Shown piece after piece: positions 28,215-37,364 of a stretch of 64,000 nt of DNA (its first letter is position 1; every line of letters starts with the position of its first letter). Origin of the DNA: Limnohabitans sp. Rim8 (lineage in GTDB: Bacteria > Pseudomonadota > Gammaproteobacteria > Burkholderiales > Burkholderiaceae_C); assembly GCF_945897465.1 (NCBI RefSeq), contig NZ_CAMDFK010000005.1; one strand, given 5' to 3'. The notes under the pieces were generated by a model. That model saw only the letters and a program-made list of their open reading frames with translations. It was not told where the DNA came from and did not search any database. The translations under genes and the position numbers were made by a program.

Positions 28215-29498
28215 TCAAACCTTCACAGACCGGAAGCCTGCAAAAATATCGCGCCGCTCGGGCACAAAAAAATTGCGGTAACGCACATCCACCACATGGG
28301 CCGAGGTGGCAGCGCAGGCCCCGCGCAGCACACGGTGGCCATGCCACCAAGGCGCTGAATAGTCGCGGTACGGGTGCACCTCAAAGCCCGGGTAAGGTGC
28401 AAAATCACTGGCCGTCCACTCCCACACCTGACCCCACAAAAAACCTGGCTGCTGCGCGGCGCATTCCCATTCGGCTTCGGTGGGCAGACGCCGCCCTGCC
28501 CATTGGCACCAAGCCTGGGCATCGTGGGCATTCAGGTGCACCGCCGGGGCCTGCAGGTCGAGCAGCTGCCACTGGCCAAATTGCTGTGCTTGCCAAACGC
28601 CGTCAAGCCAGCGCACGTGGGGCGGCAGCGCATGGCCGGTGGCTTGCACAAAAGGCAAGTAACGCGCCCAGCTCACGGCTGCAGCATCGATCTCGAACGC
28701 ACCCAAGGCCTGCGGATGGGCCTGACGCTCGTTGTCAAAGGCAAACCCTGGCCCTGAGTAGCCCAGAGTGTTAACCTGTGCAGGAACATGGACGGACCCT
28801 GTCAGCCCCAAAGGCGCTTGTAACCCACGCGCATCACCTGATGCGGGTTCACGCCAGCACAAGGCCGGTGGCAAGGCCAGCCCCAGCGCTTGGGCCATGT
28901 AGACCGAGGCTTCGTTGTGCATGTCTTCGTGTTGCAAGACCAGTCGCCAAAAATAAATCGCCTCGTCTGAGGGCGGCCGCCCGCCTGCGTGCAGAGCCTC
29001 AAGGGCTTGTAAGTGGCCCAAGCTGCGCTGCAGCACCTGCGCCAAATAGGCCTGCGTCCCGGCCAGATCGGGCAAAGGCAAGGCCCAGCGGCTGTCATGC
29101 GCCACCTCGCTGGAGTTGTAGAGCGCATCGGCATCGGGCAGCCAAGAGTCGTCAAAAGCTTCGCCGGTGCTGGCACTGCGTGTGCCCCAATGGCGCTGCC
29201 GATTGCGCACCGTCCACCACTCCTGAAACCAGGCGATATGCCCCCATTCCCACAACGGGGGGTTCATGCCCGGCGAGGGCGGCACCGACAGATCGGGCAT
29301 GGCATTTTGCCAAGCCTGCATCAGGCCCAGCGTGCGGGCGCGGGTGCGTTGCAGGGCCTGGGCCAAAACCGCAGGGCCGGCAGTGCGCACAGCGCTGTGC
29401 ACGGGCCCCTGACAGCCCACAAAATAACGGTCAAATAAACGCCCCCCTGTTGCGCCTTGGAAAACCTGCCTTGACCCCACCGTGGTACTGCCATTCAT
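28215..29498 (-). CDS. senA: EgtB-like DinB/FGE-sulfatase-fold enzyme, selenoneine synthase-like
   Basis: The N-terminal DinB-like domain carries the three-His iron site pattern (WEWGHIAWF and LQHEDMHNE). The C-terminal FGE-sulfatase/EgtB-type domain shows GQVWEWTASDF.PYPGF and RVLRGACAATS. The start is uncertain: ATG at 29498 (MNGSTTV), with alternatives at 29513 or downstream GTGs. The senA label comes from context: selD, the glycosyltransferase and egtD. Confidence 0.7.
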   Translation of the reverse strand: MNGSTTVGSRQVFQGATGGRLFDRYFVGCQGPVHSAVRTAGPAVLAQALQRTRARTLGLMQAWQNAMPDLSVPPSPGMNPPLWEWGHIAWFQEWWTVRNRQRHWGTRSASTGEAFDDSWLPDADALYNSSEVAHDSRWALPLPDLAGTQAYLAQVLQRSLGHLQALEALHAGGRPPSDEAIYFWRLVLQHEDMHNEASVYMAQALGLALPPALCWREPASGDARGLQAPLGLTGSVHVPAQVNTLGYSGPGFAFDNERQAHPQALGAFEIDAAAVSWARYLPFVQATGHALPPHVRWLDGVWQAQQFGQWQLLDLQAPAVHLNAHDAQAWCQWAGRRLPTEAEWECAAQQPGFLWGQVWEWTASDFAPYPGFEVHPYRDYSAPWWHGHRVLRGACAATSAHVVDVRYRNFFVPERRDIFAGFRSVKV

Positions 29499-29511
29499 GT
29501 ATAAACCGCCC

Positions 29512-30486
29512 ATGCAAAAACTTCGTGTGGTGATTGTCAGCCCCGCCTTGGCTGATGCCAACAACGGCAACTGGCAAACTGCGCGACGCTGGCAACAGTT
29601 GTTGTCTGCGCATTCTGCCCGCATCGTGCGCCAGTGGCCCGACACGCAGGCAGATGATGACAACGTGATGCTGGCCCTGCACGCCCGCCGCTCGGCCGAC
29701 TCGGTGCAGGCCTGGCACGACCGGCACGGCCCGCGCGGCTTGGGCGTGGTGCTGACCGGCACCGACCTGTACCGCGACATCGCACACGACCCGCAGGCGC
29801 AGCGCTCGTTGGCTTTGGCGCACTCCTTGGTGGTCTTGCAAGGTCTGGGCGTGCAAAGTCTGCCCCCTGAGCACCAAGCCAAAGCCCGTGTGGTATTTCA
29901 GTCCACCGGCACGCGCAAGACTTTGCCCAAAACCGCACGCCATTTGCGCGTGGTGATGGTGGGCCATTTGCGCGAAGAAAAAGACCCGCTCACCCTGATG
30001 GCTGCCGCGCGACGGTTACCGCCAGACGCAGATGTGTTCATTGACCACATCGGCGCCGCACTCGACCCCGCCCTGGGCCAGGCCGCACAAGCCACCCAAG
30101 CGCAGTGTCCATATTACCGCTGGTTGGGGTCGGTGCCGCATGCGCAAACCCTGCAACGCATCCAGCGTGCGCACCTGTTGGTGCACTGCAGCCGCATGGA
30201 AGGCGGCGCCCATGTGCTGATGGAAGCGATTTGCAGCGGCACGCCGGTGCTGGCCTCGCGCATCGACGGCAATGTGGGACTGCTGGGCGAGGATTACGCG
30301 GGCTATTTTGAGCCGGGTGACGCGCAGGCCCTGGCCCATTTGTTACAAGCTTGCCGCTCACCGCAAAACGGCCCCAGCCTGATGGCACACTTGAGGGATC
30401 TGTGCGCCTTGCGTGCACCCTTGTTTGAACCTCAGGCCGAACGTGCCGCCTTGCTCCGCTGGGTGCAAGACCTCTGGACAATTTGA
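29512..30486 (+). CDS. senB: GT-B glycosyltransferase of the SelD-associated (TIGR04348-like) family, selenosugar synthase-like
   Basis: The N-terminus KLRVVIVSPALADANNGNWQTARRW is, as I recall, the hallmark of this family. The C-terminal part is a GT1-type domain (E..G.H.LMEAICSGTPVLAS). Its stop overlaps the selD-fusion ATG (TGATG). Confidence 0.7.
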   Translation: MQKLRVVIVSPALADANNGNWQTARRWQQLLSAHSARIVRQWPDTQADDDNVMLALHARRSADSVQAWHDRHGPRGLGVVLTGTDLYRDIAHDPQAQRSLALAHSLVVLQGLGVQSLPPEHQAKARVVFQSTGTRKTLPKTARHLRVVMVGHLREEKDPLTLMAAARRLPPDADVFIDHIGAALDPALGQAAQATQAQCPYYRWLGSVPHAQTLQRIQRAHLLVHCSRMEGGAHVLMEAICSGTPVLASRIDGNVGLLGEDYAGYFEPGDAQALAHLLQACRSPQNGPSLMAHLRDLCALRAPLFEPQAERAALLRWVQDLWTI

Positions 30487-32852
30487 TGAAACCATCTGCT
30501 CAACCTGTGCTGCGCGACCTGGTGCTGGTCGGAGGTGGCCACAGCCATGTGGGCGTGCTGCGCATGTTCGCCATGAAGCCCGAGCCGGGCGTGCGCATCA
30601 CACTGATCTGCACCGACATCGACACCCCCTACTCGGGCATGCTGCCCGGTTACATCGCGGGCCATTACAGCTTTGACGAGGTGCACATCGACTTGGGCCG
30701 CCTGTGCGCTTTTGTTGGTGCGCGGCTGTACCACGCTGCCGTGGTCGGCATCGACCGCCAAAATCAGAAGGTCATCTGCCAGAACCGACCGTCCGTGGCC
30801 TACGACCTGTTGTCCATCAACATCGGCTCGACACCCCAAGTGCGCCATGTCGAGGGAGCCCAATCGCTGGCTGTGCCGGTCAAGCCGATTGCACAATTCA
30901 ACCAACGCTGGTTGGCCCTGATGGACAAAGCCCGCCAGTGGCCCGTGCACCGGGGCCGCATGACGATTGCGGTGGTGGGCGCGGGCGCAGGTGGTGTAGA
31001 GCTGGTGCTGTCCATGCAATACCGCTTGCGCCACGAACTCAAGGCCTTGGGCCGCAGCCCTGAAGTCTTGAAATTCGTGTTGCTGACTTCGGGCGACACC
31101 ATTTTGCCCACCCACAACCCGGGTGTGCGAAAGCGCTTTGCCCAAGTGCTGCAAGAGCGTAACGTCGAGGTGCACACCTCGGCCGAAGTGATCCAGGTCT
31201 CGCCCGGTTGCCTGCACACGCGTGACGGGCGCACTTTCGATGCAGACGAAACCATGTGGGTGACCCAAGCCGGTGGCCCCAGTTGGCTGCAAAGCACCGG
31301 CCTGGCACTGGACAAGCAGGGCTGCATCCTGGTGCACCCGCAGCTGCAAACCCTGAACGATCCGCTGGTGTTTGCAGCGGGTGACATTGCTTCGTTTGTG
31401 GACCGCCCGCTGGAAAAAGCGGGCGTGTTTGCCGTGCGCATGGCCAAACCCTTGGCCGAGAATCTGCGCCGCAGCCTGCGCGGCCAAAGTCTGCTGGCCT
31501 ACGACCCGCAACGCCATTGGCTGGCCCTCATTTCCACGGGCAACCGATTCGCTGTGGCCTCACGCGGCTCACTGGGCTTTGACGGGGCCTGGGTCTGGCG
31601 CTGGAAGGACCGCATTGACCGGGAATTCATGCGCCGCTTCACCGAATTCCCGGCCATGCCCGGGGCAGTCAGCCCTGCCCAAACCGGGGCCCATGTGCGC
31701 GAAGCCGTCCAGGCCATGGGCCAGCTGCTCAAAGACATCCAAGCCCAAGGCAAGGGGCATACCACCCAGCTGAACCTGACTTCAGAGGAGTCGCTGCAGG
31801 CCATCTCGGCCATTGCGATGCGCTGCGGGGGCTGCGGAGCGAAAGTAGGCGCTAACATCCTGTCGCGCGCACTCGGCAGCTTGCAACCCGTCGAGCGCCC
31901 GGACGTGCTGATCGGCCTGCATTCGCCAGACGACGCGGCCGTGGTGCGTGTGCCACCAGGCATGGCCGTGGTGCAGACGGTGGATTTTTTCCGGGCCTTC
32001 ATCGACGACCCCTATGTGTTTGGCAAAGTGGCCGCCAACCACGCACTGGGCGATATCTTTGCCATGGGGGCCGAACCCCAAACCGCCACCGCCGTGGTCA
32101 CCGTGCCGCCGGGCCTAGAGAGCAAGGTGGAAGACCTGCTGACCCAAATGATGGGCGGTGCAATCGAGGTGCTGAACGCCGCAGGCTGCGCCTTGGTGGG
32201 CGGGCACACGGGCGAGGGTGCCGAGCTGGCCCTGGGATTTGCCATCAACGGGCTGATCGACGAGAAGATGGACAGCGTGATGCGCAAGGGCGGCATGCAG
32301 CCCGGTGATGTGCTGCTGCTGACCAAACCGATTGGCACCGGCACCCTGTTTGCCGCGCATGCGCGCTACGCCGCCAAGGGCCGCTGGATCGATGCAGCGC
32401 TCAAATCGATGGTGCTGTCCAACCAATCAGGCGCTGAAATTTTGCGCAATCACGGCGCCACCGCCTGCACCGACCTGACCGGCTTTGGCCTGCTGGGCCA
32501 CTTAGTGGAGATGACCCGGCCGTCCGGCGTGGACGCAGAACTGACCATGAGCACCCTGCCCCTGCTGGATGGCGCGGTGGACTGCGTGCAAGCGGGCATC
32601 GTCAGCTCTTTGCAGCCCGCCAATGTGCGCCTGCGTCGCGCCCTGCGCAACGCCGACGAGTTCGTGGGCGACTCCCGCTACCCCCTGCTGTTCGACCCGC
32701 AAACCGCAGGCGGTCTGTTGGCCAGTGTGCCGGCAGCGCAAGCGGCCGCTTGCGTGCAAGCGCTCAAGGCTGCGGGGTACCCCCACACCGCCATCATTGG
32801 CCGCATCACCGCGCAAAGCGAGGCCATCGAACCTGTGCTGCTGAAAACCTGA
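30486..32852 (+). CDS. senC: bifunctional FAD/NAD(P)H pyridine-nucleotide-disulfide oxidoreductase / selenide,water dikinase
   Basis: The N-terminal ~370 aa carry LVLVGGGHSHV and IAVVGAGAGGVE dinucleotide folds and FAAGDIA. The C-terminal ~370 aa is SelD, with RCGGCGAKVG (Cys/Lys loop), DDAAVV, VQTVDFF, HALGDIFAMGAEP and GGHTGEG. There is no in-frame TGA. Confidence 0.85.
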   Translation: MKPSAQPVLRDLVLVGGGHSHVGVLRMFAMKPEPGVRITLICTDIDTPYSGMLPGYIAGHYSFDEVHIDLGRLCAFVGARLYHAAVVGIDRQNQKVICQNRPSVAYDLLSINIGSTPQVRHVEGAQSLAVPVKPIAQFNQRWLALMDKARQWPVHRGRMTIAVVGAGAGGVELVLSMQYRLRHELKALGRSPEVLKFVLLTSGDTILPTHNPGVRKRFAQVLQERNVEVHTSAEVIQVSPGCLHTRDGRTFDADETMWVTQAGGPSWLQSTGLALDKQGCILVHPQLQTLNDPLVFAAGDIASFVDRPLEKAGVFAVRMAKPLAENLRRSLRGQSLLAYDPQRHWLALISTGNRFAVASRGSLGFDGAWVWRWKDRIDREFMRRFTEFPAMPGAVSPAQTGAHVREAVQAMGQLLKDIQAQGKGHTTQLNLTSEESLQAISAIAMRCGGCGAKVGANILSRALGSLQPVERPDVLIGLHSPDDAAVVRVPPGMAVVQTVDFFRAFIDDPYVFGKVAANHALGDIFAMGAEPQTATAVVTVPPGLESKVEDLLTQMMGGAIEVLNAAGCALVGGHTGEGAELALGFAINGLIDEKMDSVMRKGGMQPGDVLLLTKPIGTGTLFAAHARYAAKGRWIDAALKSMVLSNQSGAEILRNHGATACTDLTGFGLLGHLVEMTRPSGVDAELTMSTLPLLDGAVDCVQAGIVSSLQPANVRLRRALRNADEFVGDSRYPLLFDPQTAGGLLASVPAAQAAACVQALKAAGYPHTAIIGRITAQSEAIEPVLLKT

Positions 32853-32875
32853 ACGCCTCCGAGATCAGGAACCCT

Positions 32876-33544
32876 ATGCCTACCGAACAACTCATGCTCA
32901 ACGCTGACCTGAGCCAGCGCTGCATCATCCACAGCCCCTCGCTCGACTGGGTGGACTCACCCGCCTCGGGCGTGTCGCGCCGCATGCTCGAGCGCGACGG
33001 CGGCGAAGTGGCACGCGCCACGTCCATCGTGCGTTATGCGCCAGGCTCGGCCTTTGCCAGCCACACCCACGGCGGGGGCGAAGAAATTTTGGTGCTCGAA
33101 GGCACGCTGCACGACGAGCATGGGGTTTATGGCCCCGGCACTTACATCAAGAACCCAGTGGGCAGCTCGCACGCGCCATCCTCGCCCGATGGATGCACTT
33201 TGTTTGTGAAGCTGCGCCATTTGGACGCACGTGACGACGAACGCGTGGTCATCGACACACGTCGCAGCGAATGGCGACAAGGCATGGTCGAGGGCTTGAA
33301 GGTCTTGCCACTGAACACCTTCGAGACCCAAAACACCGCCCTGGTGCGCTGGGCACCTCAAACGTTTTTCAACCCGCACCGGCATTGGGGTGGCGAAGAA
33401 ATCTTGGTGGTCGACGGCGTGTTCTCGGACGAGCACGGTGACTACCCCGCAGGCAGCTGGCTGCGCAGCCCCCACATGAGCCAGCACCAACCGTTCAGCC
33501 GCGAAGGCTGCTTGATTCTGGTGAAAACCGGGCACTTGATTTGA
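32876..33544 (+). CDS. bicupin protein (ChrR C-terminal-like cupin family)
   Basis: Two cupin metal motifs, HTHGGGEEILVLEG and HRHWGGEEILVVDG. AGGA RBS. Lies 23 nt after the selD-fusion stop. Confidence 0.7.
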   Translation: MPTEQLMLNADLSQRCIIHSPSLDWVDSPASGVSRRMLERDGGEVARATSIVRYAPGSAFASHTHGGGEEILVLEGTLHDEHGVYGPGTYIKNPVGSSHAPSSPDGCTLFVKLRHLDARDDERVVIDTRRSEWRQGMVEGLKVLPLNTFETQNTALVRWAPQTFFNPHRHWGGEEILVVDGVFSDEHGDYPAGSWLRSPHMSQHQPFSREGCLILVKTGHLI

Positions 33545-33546
33545 AC

Positions 33547-34257
33547 ATGACATCACCCACACCCCCCATTCGCGCCGTCGTCTTTGATGCCTACGGCACG
33601 CTGTTCGATGTGTACTCCATCGGCGCTTTGGCCGAAACACTCTACCCTGGCCAGGGCGCGGCACTGTCGGTGCTGTGGCGCGACAAGCAGATCGAGTACA
33701 CACGCCTGATCTCGCTGAGTGACCCCAGCCCCCAAGGCAGTCGCCACTACCAATCGTTTTGGGACATCACGCGCGCGTCGCTGCGTTATGCGCTGGCGCG
33801 TTTGGGCTTGGTGCACAGCGTGGCCAATGAAGACGCGCTGATGGCTCAATACGCCGAGCTCACGGCCTTCCCGGAAAACCTGGGCGTGCTGCAAGCCTTG
33901 CGCCAACGCGGCGTGGCGACAGCGATTTTGTCCAACGGCAGCCCCGAGATGCTGCAGTCGGCCGTGCACAGTGCAGGCATGAGCGACTTGCTGGATGCAG
34001 TTTTGTCGGTGGACAGCGTGCGCCAGTTCAAAACCACGCCCACCAGCTACCAACTGGTACAAGACCACCTTGGCTTGGCACCCGCGGATGTGTTGTTTGT
34101 CTCGAGCAACGCCTGGGATGCGCTGGGCGCTACTTGGTTTGGCTTCACCACCCTGTGGATCAACCGCCAGGGTCAACCGCCAGAGGCCATGGGTCCGGCG
34201 CCTCACCACACGGGCCGCGACCTGAGCGAAGTGCTGAAGGTGTTGGGCCTGCACTGA
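33547..34257 (+). CDS. haloacid dehalogenase type II (HAD superfamily)
   Basis: Nucleophile motif AVVFDAYGTLFDV, then WRDKQIEYTRL, SNG and SSNAWD, all characteristic of L-2-haloacid dehalogenases. It starts 2 nt after the cupin stop. Confidence 0.8.
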   Translation: MTSPTPPIRAVVFDAYGTLFDVYSIGALAETLYPGQGAALSVLWRDKQIEYTRLISLSDPSPQGSRHYQSFWDITRASLRYALARLGLVHSVANEDALMAQYAELTAFPENLGVLQALRQRGVATAILSNGSPEMLQSAVHSAGMSDLLDAVLSVDSVRQFKTTPTSYQLVQDHLGLAPADVLFVSSNAWDALGATWFGFTTLWINRQGQPPEAMGPAPHHTGRDLSEVLKVLGLH

Positions 34258-34265
34258 ACACGCAT

Positions 34266-35750
34266 TCAGTGCCCGATGATGAGGTCCTTGCCGTCTTTGT
34301 CGTGCACCGCAAACTTGTCCACCAGCGTGGCACTGGCTTCGTTCATGCCGCGCACCTCGACCTCGGCACCTTCGCGGCGGAACTTGAAGACCACCTTGTC
34401 CAAGGCGCTCACAGCGGTGATGTCCCAGAAGTGGGCACGGCTCACGTCGATCACCACACGCGGCACGACCTCGTCAAAGTCGAACGCGTCGATGAAGCGA
34501 TCAGCACTGGCAAAAAACACCTGACCCACCACCTCGTAGGTGTGGGTGTCTGGGGTGCTGGTCGAGTGCACCAGCAAAATCCGACCGATCTTGTGGGCGA
34601 AGAAAAAGCCCGACAACAACACGCCGGTCAGCACGCCTTGCGCCAAGTCGTGGGTGAACACCGTCACCACCACCGTGGCCAGCATGACCACACTGGAGCT
34701 CTTGGGGTGTTCGCGCAGGTTCTTGAACGAGGCCCAGTTGAAGGTGCCGATCGACACCATGATCATCACCGCCACCAAAGCGGCCATGGGAATTTGGCTG
34801 ACCCACTCGCCCAAAAACACCACCAAGATCAGCAGCACCACACCGGCCACGAGCGTGGACAAACGGCCGCGCCCGCCGGATTTCACGTTGATCACCGACT
34901 GGCCAATCATGGCGCAACCGGCCATGCCGCCGATGAAGCCGGTGGCGATGTTGGCCACGCCTTGGCCCACACACTCGCGGCTCTTATCGCTTTGGGTGTC
35001 GGTCATGTCGTCGACGATGGTCGCGGTCATGAGCGACTCCAGCAAACCCACCACCATGAGGGTGGCCGAGTAGGGCAGGATGATCATGAGCGTGTCCCAG
35101 TTCAGCGGCACATCGGGCAGCAAGAACACGGGCAAGCTGCTGGGCAACTCGCCCATGTCACCGACGGTGCGGATGTCCAGACCCATCCCGATCGAGAAAG
35201 CGGTCAACACCACGATGGTCACCAGCGGCGAAGGCACGGCCTTGGTGAGGTAGGGCAGGCCGTAGATGATGGCCAATCCCACGGCGGTCATGGCGTAGAC
35301 ATGCCAAGTCACGCCCACGGTGCTGGGGTTGAGCTCGGGCAACTGCGCCATGAAAATCAAAATCGCCAGCGCATTCACAAAACCGGTGACCACCGAACGC
35401 GACACAAAGCGCATCAACTGCCCCAGGTGCAGCCAGCCTGCGATCACCTGCAACACGCCCGTGAGCACGGTGGCGGCCAAGAGGTATTGCAAGCCGTGGT
35501 CTTTGACCAGCGACGCGATCACCAGCGCCATGGCGCCCGTGGCCGCCGAGATCATGCCAGGGCGCCCGCCCGCGAACGCAATGATGGTGGCGATCGAAAA
35601 CGAGGCGTAAAGCCCCACCTTGGGGTCCACGCCCGCGATGATCGAAAACGCAATCGCCTCGGGGATGAGTGCCAGCGCGACCACCAGGCCGGCGAGGACA
35701 TCGTTGCGGGCATTAAATAGCCAAATTTGGCGAAAAGAATGGCGTGTCAT
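34266..35750 (-). CDS. SulP family inorganic anion transporter with C-terminal STAS domain
   Basis: N-terminal [25 protein letters not shown]. The polytopic core is followed by a STAS domain ([14 protein letters not shown]). Start ATG at 35750, alternative at 35786. Confidence 0.85.
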   Translation of the reverse strand: MTRHSFRQIWLFNARNDVLAGLVVALALIPEAIAFSIIAGVDPKVGLYASFSIATIIAFAGGRPGMISAATGAMALVIASLVKDHGLQYLLAATVLTGVLQVIAGWLHLGQLMRFVSRSVVTGFVNALAILIFMAQLPELNPSTVGVTWHVYAMTAVGLAIIYGLPYLTKAVPSPLVTIVVLTAFSIGMGLDIRTVGDMGELPSSLPVFLLPDVPLNWDTLMIILPYSATLMVVGLLESLMTATIVDDMTDTQSDKSRECVGQGVANIATGFIGGMAGCAMIGQSVINVKSGGRGRLSTLVAGVVLLILVVFLGEWVSQIPMAALVAVMIMVSIGTFNWASFKNLREHPKSSSVVMLATVVVTVFTHDLAQGVLTGVLLSGFFFAHKIGRILLVHSTSTPDTHTYEVVGQVFFASADRFIDAFDFDEVVPRVVIDVSRAHFWDITAVSALDKVVFKFRREGAEVEVRGMNEASATLVDKFAVHDKDGKDLIIGH

Positions 35751-35972
35751 GCTGATCAGGCCGCTTGGCTGATCAGCCTGGGCCATGGTTCTAAATGAAA
35801 GGAGTTTGAAGAGGCAGGCCTGAGACGCTGCGCACAGTGGCCAATAAGGCGAGCAGGGGATTGCAGATCTGATGTGCTGCGCCGCGCAGCAGGTTCTATG
35901 CCGAAGAAGTGTAAGCCATGCGCAGGCTCTGCTTTTTAAAATACACGGCATCACCACGCCACACTGCTGCCC

Positions 35973-36722
35973 ATGACCACATCCTTTTCACTCGCACCCC
36001 TCATCGCGCCACACGGCCCACTGCGGGTGGCCATCAACCTGGGCAACCCGGTGCTGGCCGGACTGGATGCTGCCACGGGTGAACCCACAGGCATTTCGGC
36101 CGATCTGTCCCGCCGCTTGGCCGCGCAGCTGGGCCTGAAAATTGAATGGCGCATCTTCAAAAAGGCCGACGAATCTGTGCAATGCGTGCGCGCTGATGAG
36201 GCCGACATCGGCTTTTTTGCCATCGACCCGGTGCGCGGCGAGGGCCTGCATTTTTCACCGCCCTATGTGCAGATTGAAGGCGCCTACATGGTGCGCATCG
36301 ACTCGCCACTGCAAAGCAACCACGAGGTCGACCAAGCCAGCCACCGCGTCACGGTCGGCGCGGGCAGTGCCTACGATTTGTTCCTCACGCGCCACCTGAA
36401 ACGCGCCACCATCGTGCGAGCGCCCAGCTCGCCCGCCGTGGTCGAGGTGTTCATGGCCCAGAAGCTTGAGGTGGCCGCAGGCGTCAAGCAGCAACTGGAG
36501 GCCGATGCCCAGCGCCTGCCCGGCGTGCGTCTGCTGCCCGGCCGATTCATGGTGATCCACCAGGCCATGGGCATGCCCGCCCAGCGTGGCACCCAGGCAC
36601 GCGCGTACCTGAATGGGTTGGTGGAAGATGCCAAACAATCCGGTTGGGTAGCCCAGGCCTTTGTGCGGCACCAGATCCAGGGTGCAGCTGTGGCCCCACC
36701 CGGCTATCCCGCACAGGACTGA
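35973..36722 (+). CDS. solute-binding protein family 3 (PBP2) domain protein, no obvious signal peptide
   Basis: [17 protein letters not shown]...LA..LG and D.GFFAIDP.R fit the amino-acid-type SBP fold. Confidence 0.6.
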   Translation: MTTSFSLAPLIAPHGPLRVAINLGNPVLAGLDAATGEPTGISADLSRRLAAQLGLKIEWRIFKKADESVQCVRADEADIGFFAIDPVRGEGLHFSPPYVQIEGAYMVRIDSPLQSNHEVDQASHRVTVGAGSAYDLFLTRHLKRATIVRAPSSPAVVEVFMAQKLEVAAGVKQQLEADAQRLPGVRLLPGRFMVIHQAMGMPAQRGTQARAYLNGLVEDAKQSGWVAQAFVRHQIQGAAVAPPGYPAQD

Positions 36723-36779
36723 AGACCCCGAGGTCCGGTGATAAATTGGTTTTGAATTTTTCTACCCCAGAGACACACC

Positions 36780-37355
36780 ATGACCACCCCCAAAACCGAC
36801 CGCCTGCCCGAGATCCCCCGTGAACAGATGACCGACGCACAACGTGCCGCAGTGGACGAACTGGTCAGCGGGCCACGGGGCAAACTCTCGGGCCCGTTTG
36901 TGCCTTTGATGCGCAGCCCCGAGCTGATGCGCCGCTTGCAAAAAGTGGGCGAATACCTGCGCTATGACAACACCGTGGGTTTGCACAACTCGGAGTTCGC
37001 CGTGCTGGTGGTGGCACGCCACTGGTCGCAACCGGTCGAATGGCATATACACAAACCGATCGCCATGAAAGCGGGCGTGAGCGAAGAAACCTGCAATGCG
37101 ATTGCCGAAGGCCGCCGCCCGCCAAACATGACGGCGCAAGAAACCGTGGTGTACGACTTTTTGCAAGAACTGCTGCACAACCAGTCGGTGAGCGACGTGA
37201 CTTGGGCGGCTGCACAAAAGATGTTTGGCGACCAGGGCGTGATCGACATGACGGCGCACTGCGGCTACTACAGCCTGCTGGCCATGGTCATGAACACGAC
37301 GCGCCGCAGCTTGCCGGACGAAGCAGCGCCGGGCATTGCGCCCTTTCCCCAATAA
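36780..37355 (+). CDS. carboxymuconolactone decarboxylase (AhpD-like) family protein
   Basis: This 191-aa protein has the CMD-family pattern SEFAVLVVARHWSQPVEWHIHKPIA. Confidence 0.75.
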   Translation: MTTPKTDRLPEIPREQMTDAQRAAVDELVSGPRGKLSGPFVPLMRSPELMRRLQKVGEYLRYDNTVGLHNSEFAVLVVARHWSQPVEWHIHKPIAMKAGVSEETCNAIAEGRRPPNMTAQETVVYDFLQELLHNQSVSDVTWAAAQKMFGDQGVIDMTAHCGYYSLLAMVMNTTRRSLPDEAAPGIAPFPQ

Positions 37356-37364
37356 GCCTGTTGA

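Noticed and set aside
30486-32852. Searched for an in-frame TGA (selenocysteine) in SelD and for neighbouring selenoprotein genes split by TGA
   Set aside because: The SelD active-site loop encodes Cys (RCGGCGAK). The ORF is uninterrupted, and I saw no adjacent same-frame ORF pairs separated by a single TGA in the window. There is no evidence for Sec decoding here.
34134-35720. 528-aa plus-strand ORF opposite the SulP gene
   Set aside because: The translation is His/Gly/Asp/Arg-rich and repetitive, with no domain signature. The minus-strand frame encodes a complete SulP-STAS protein.
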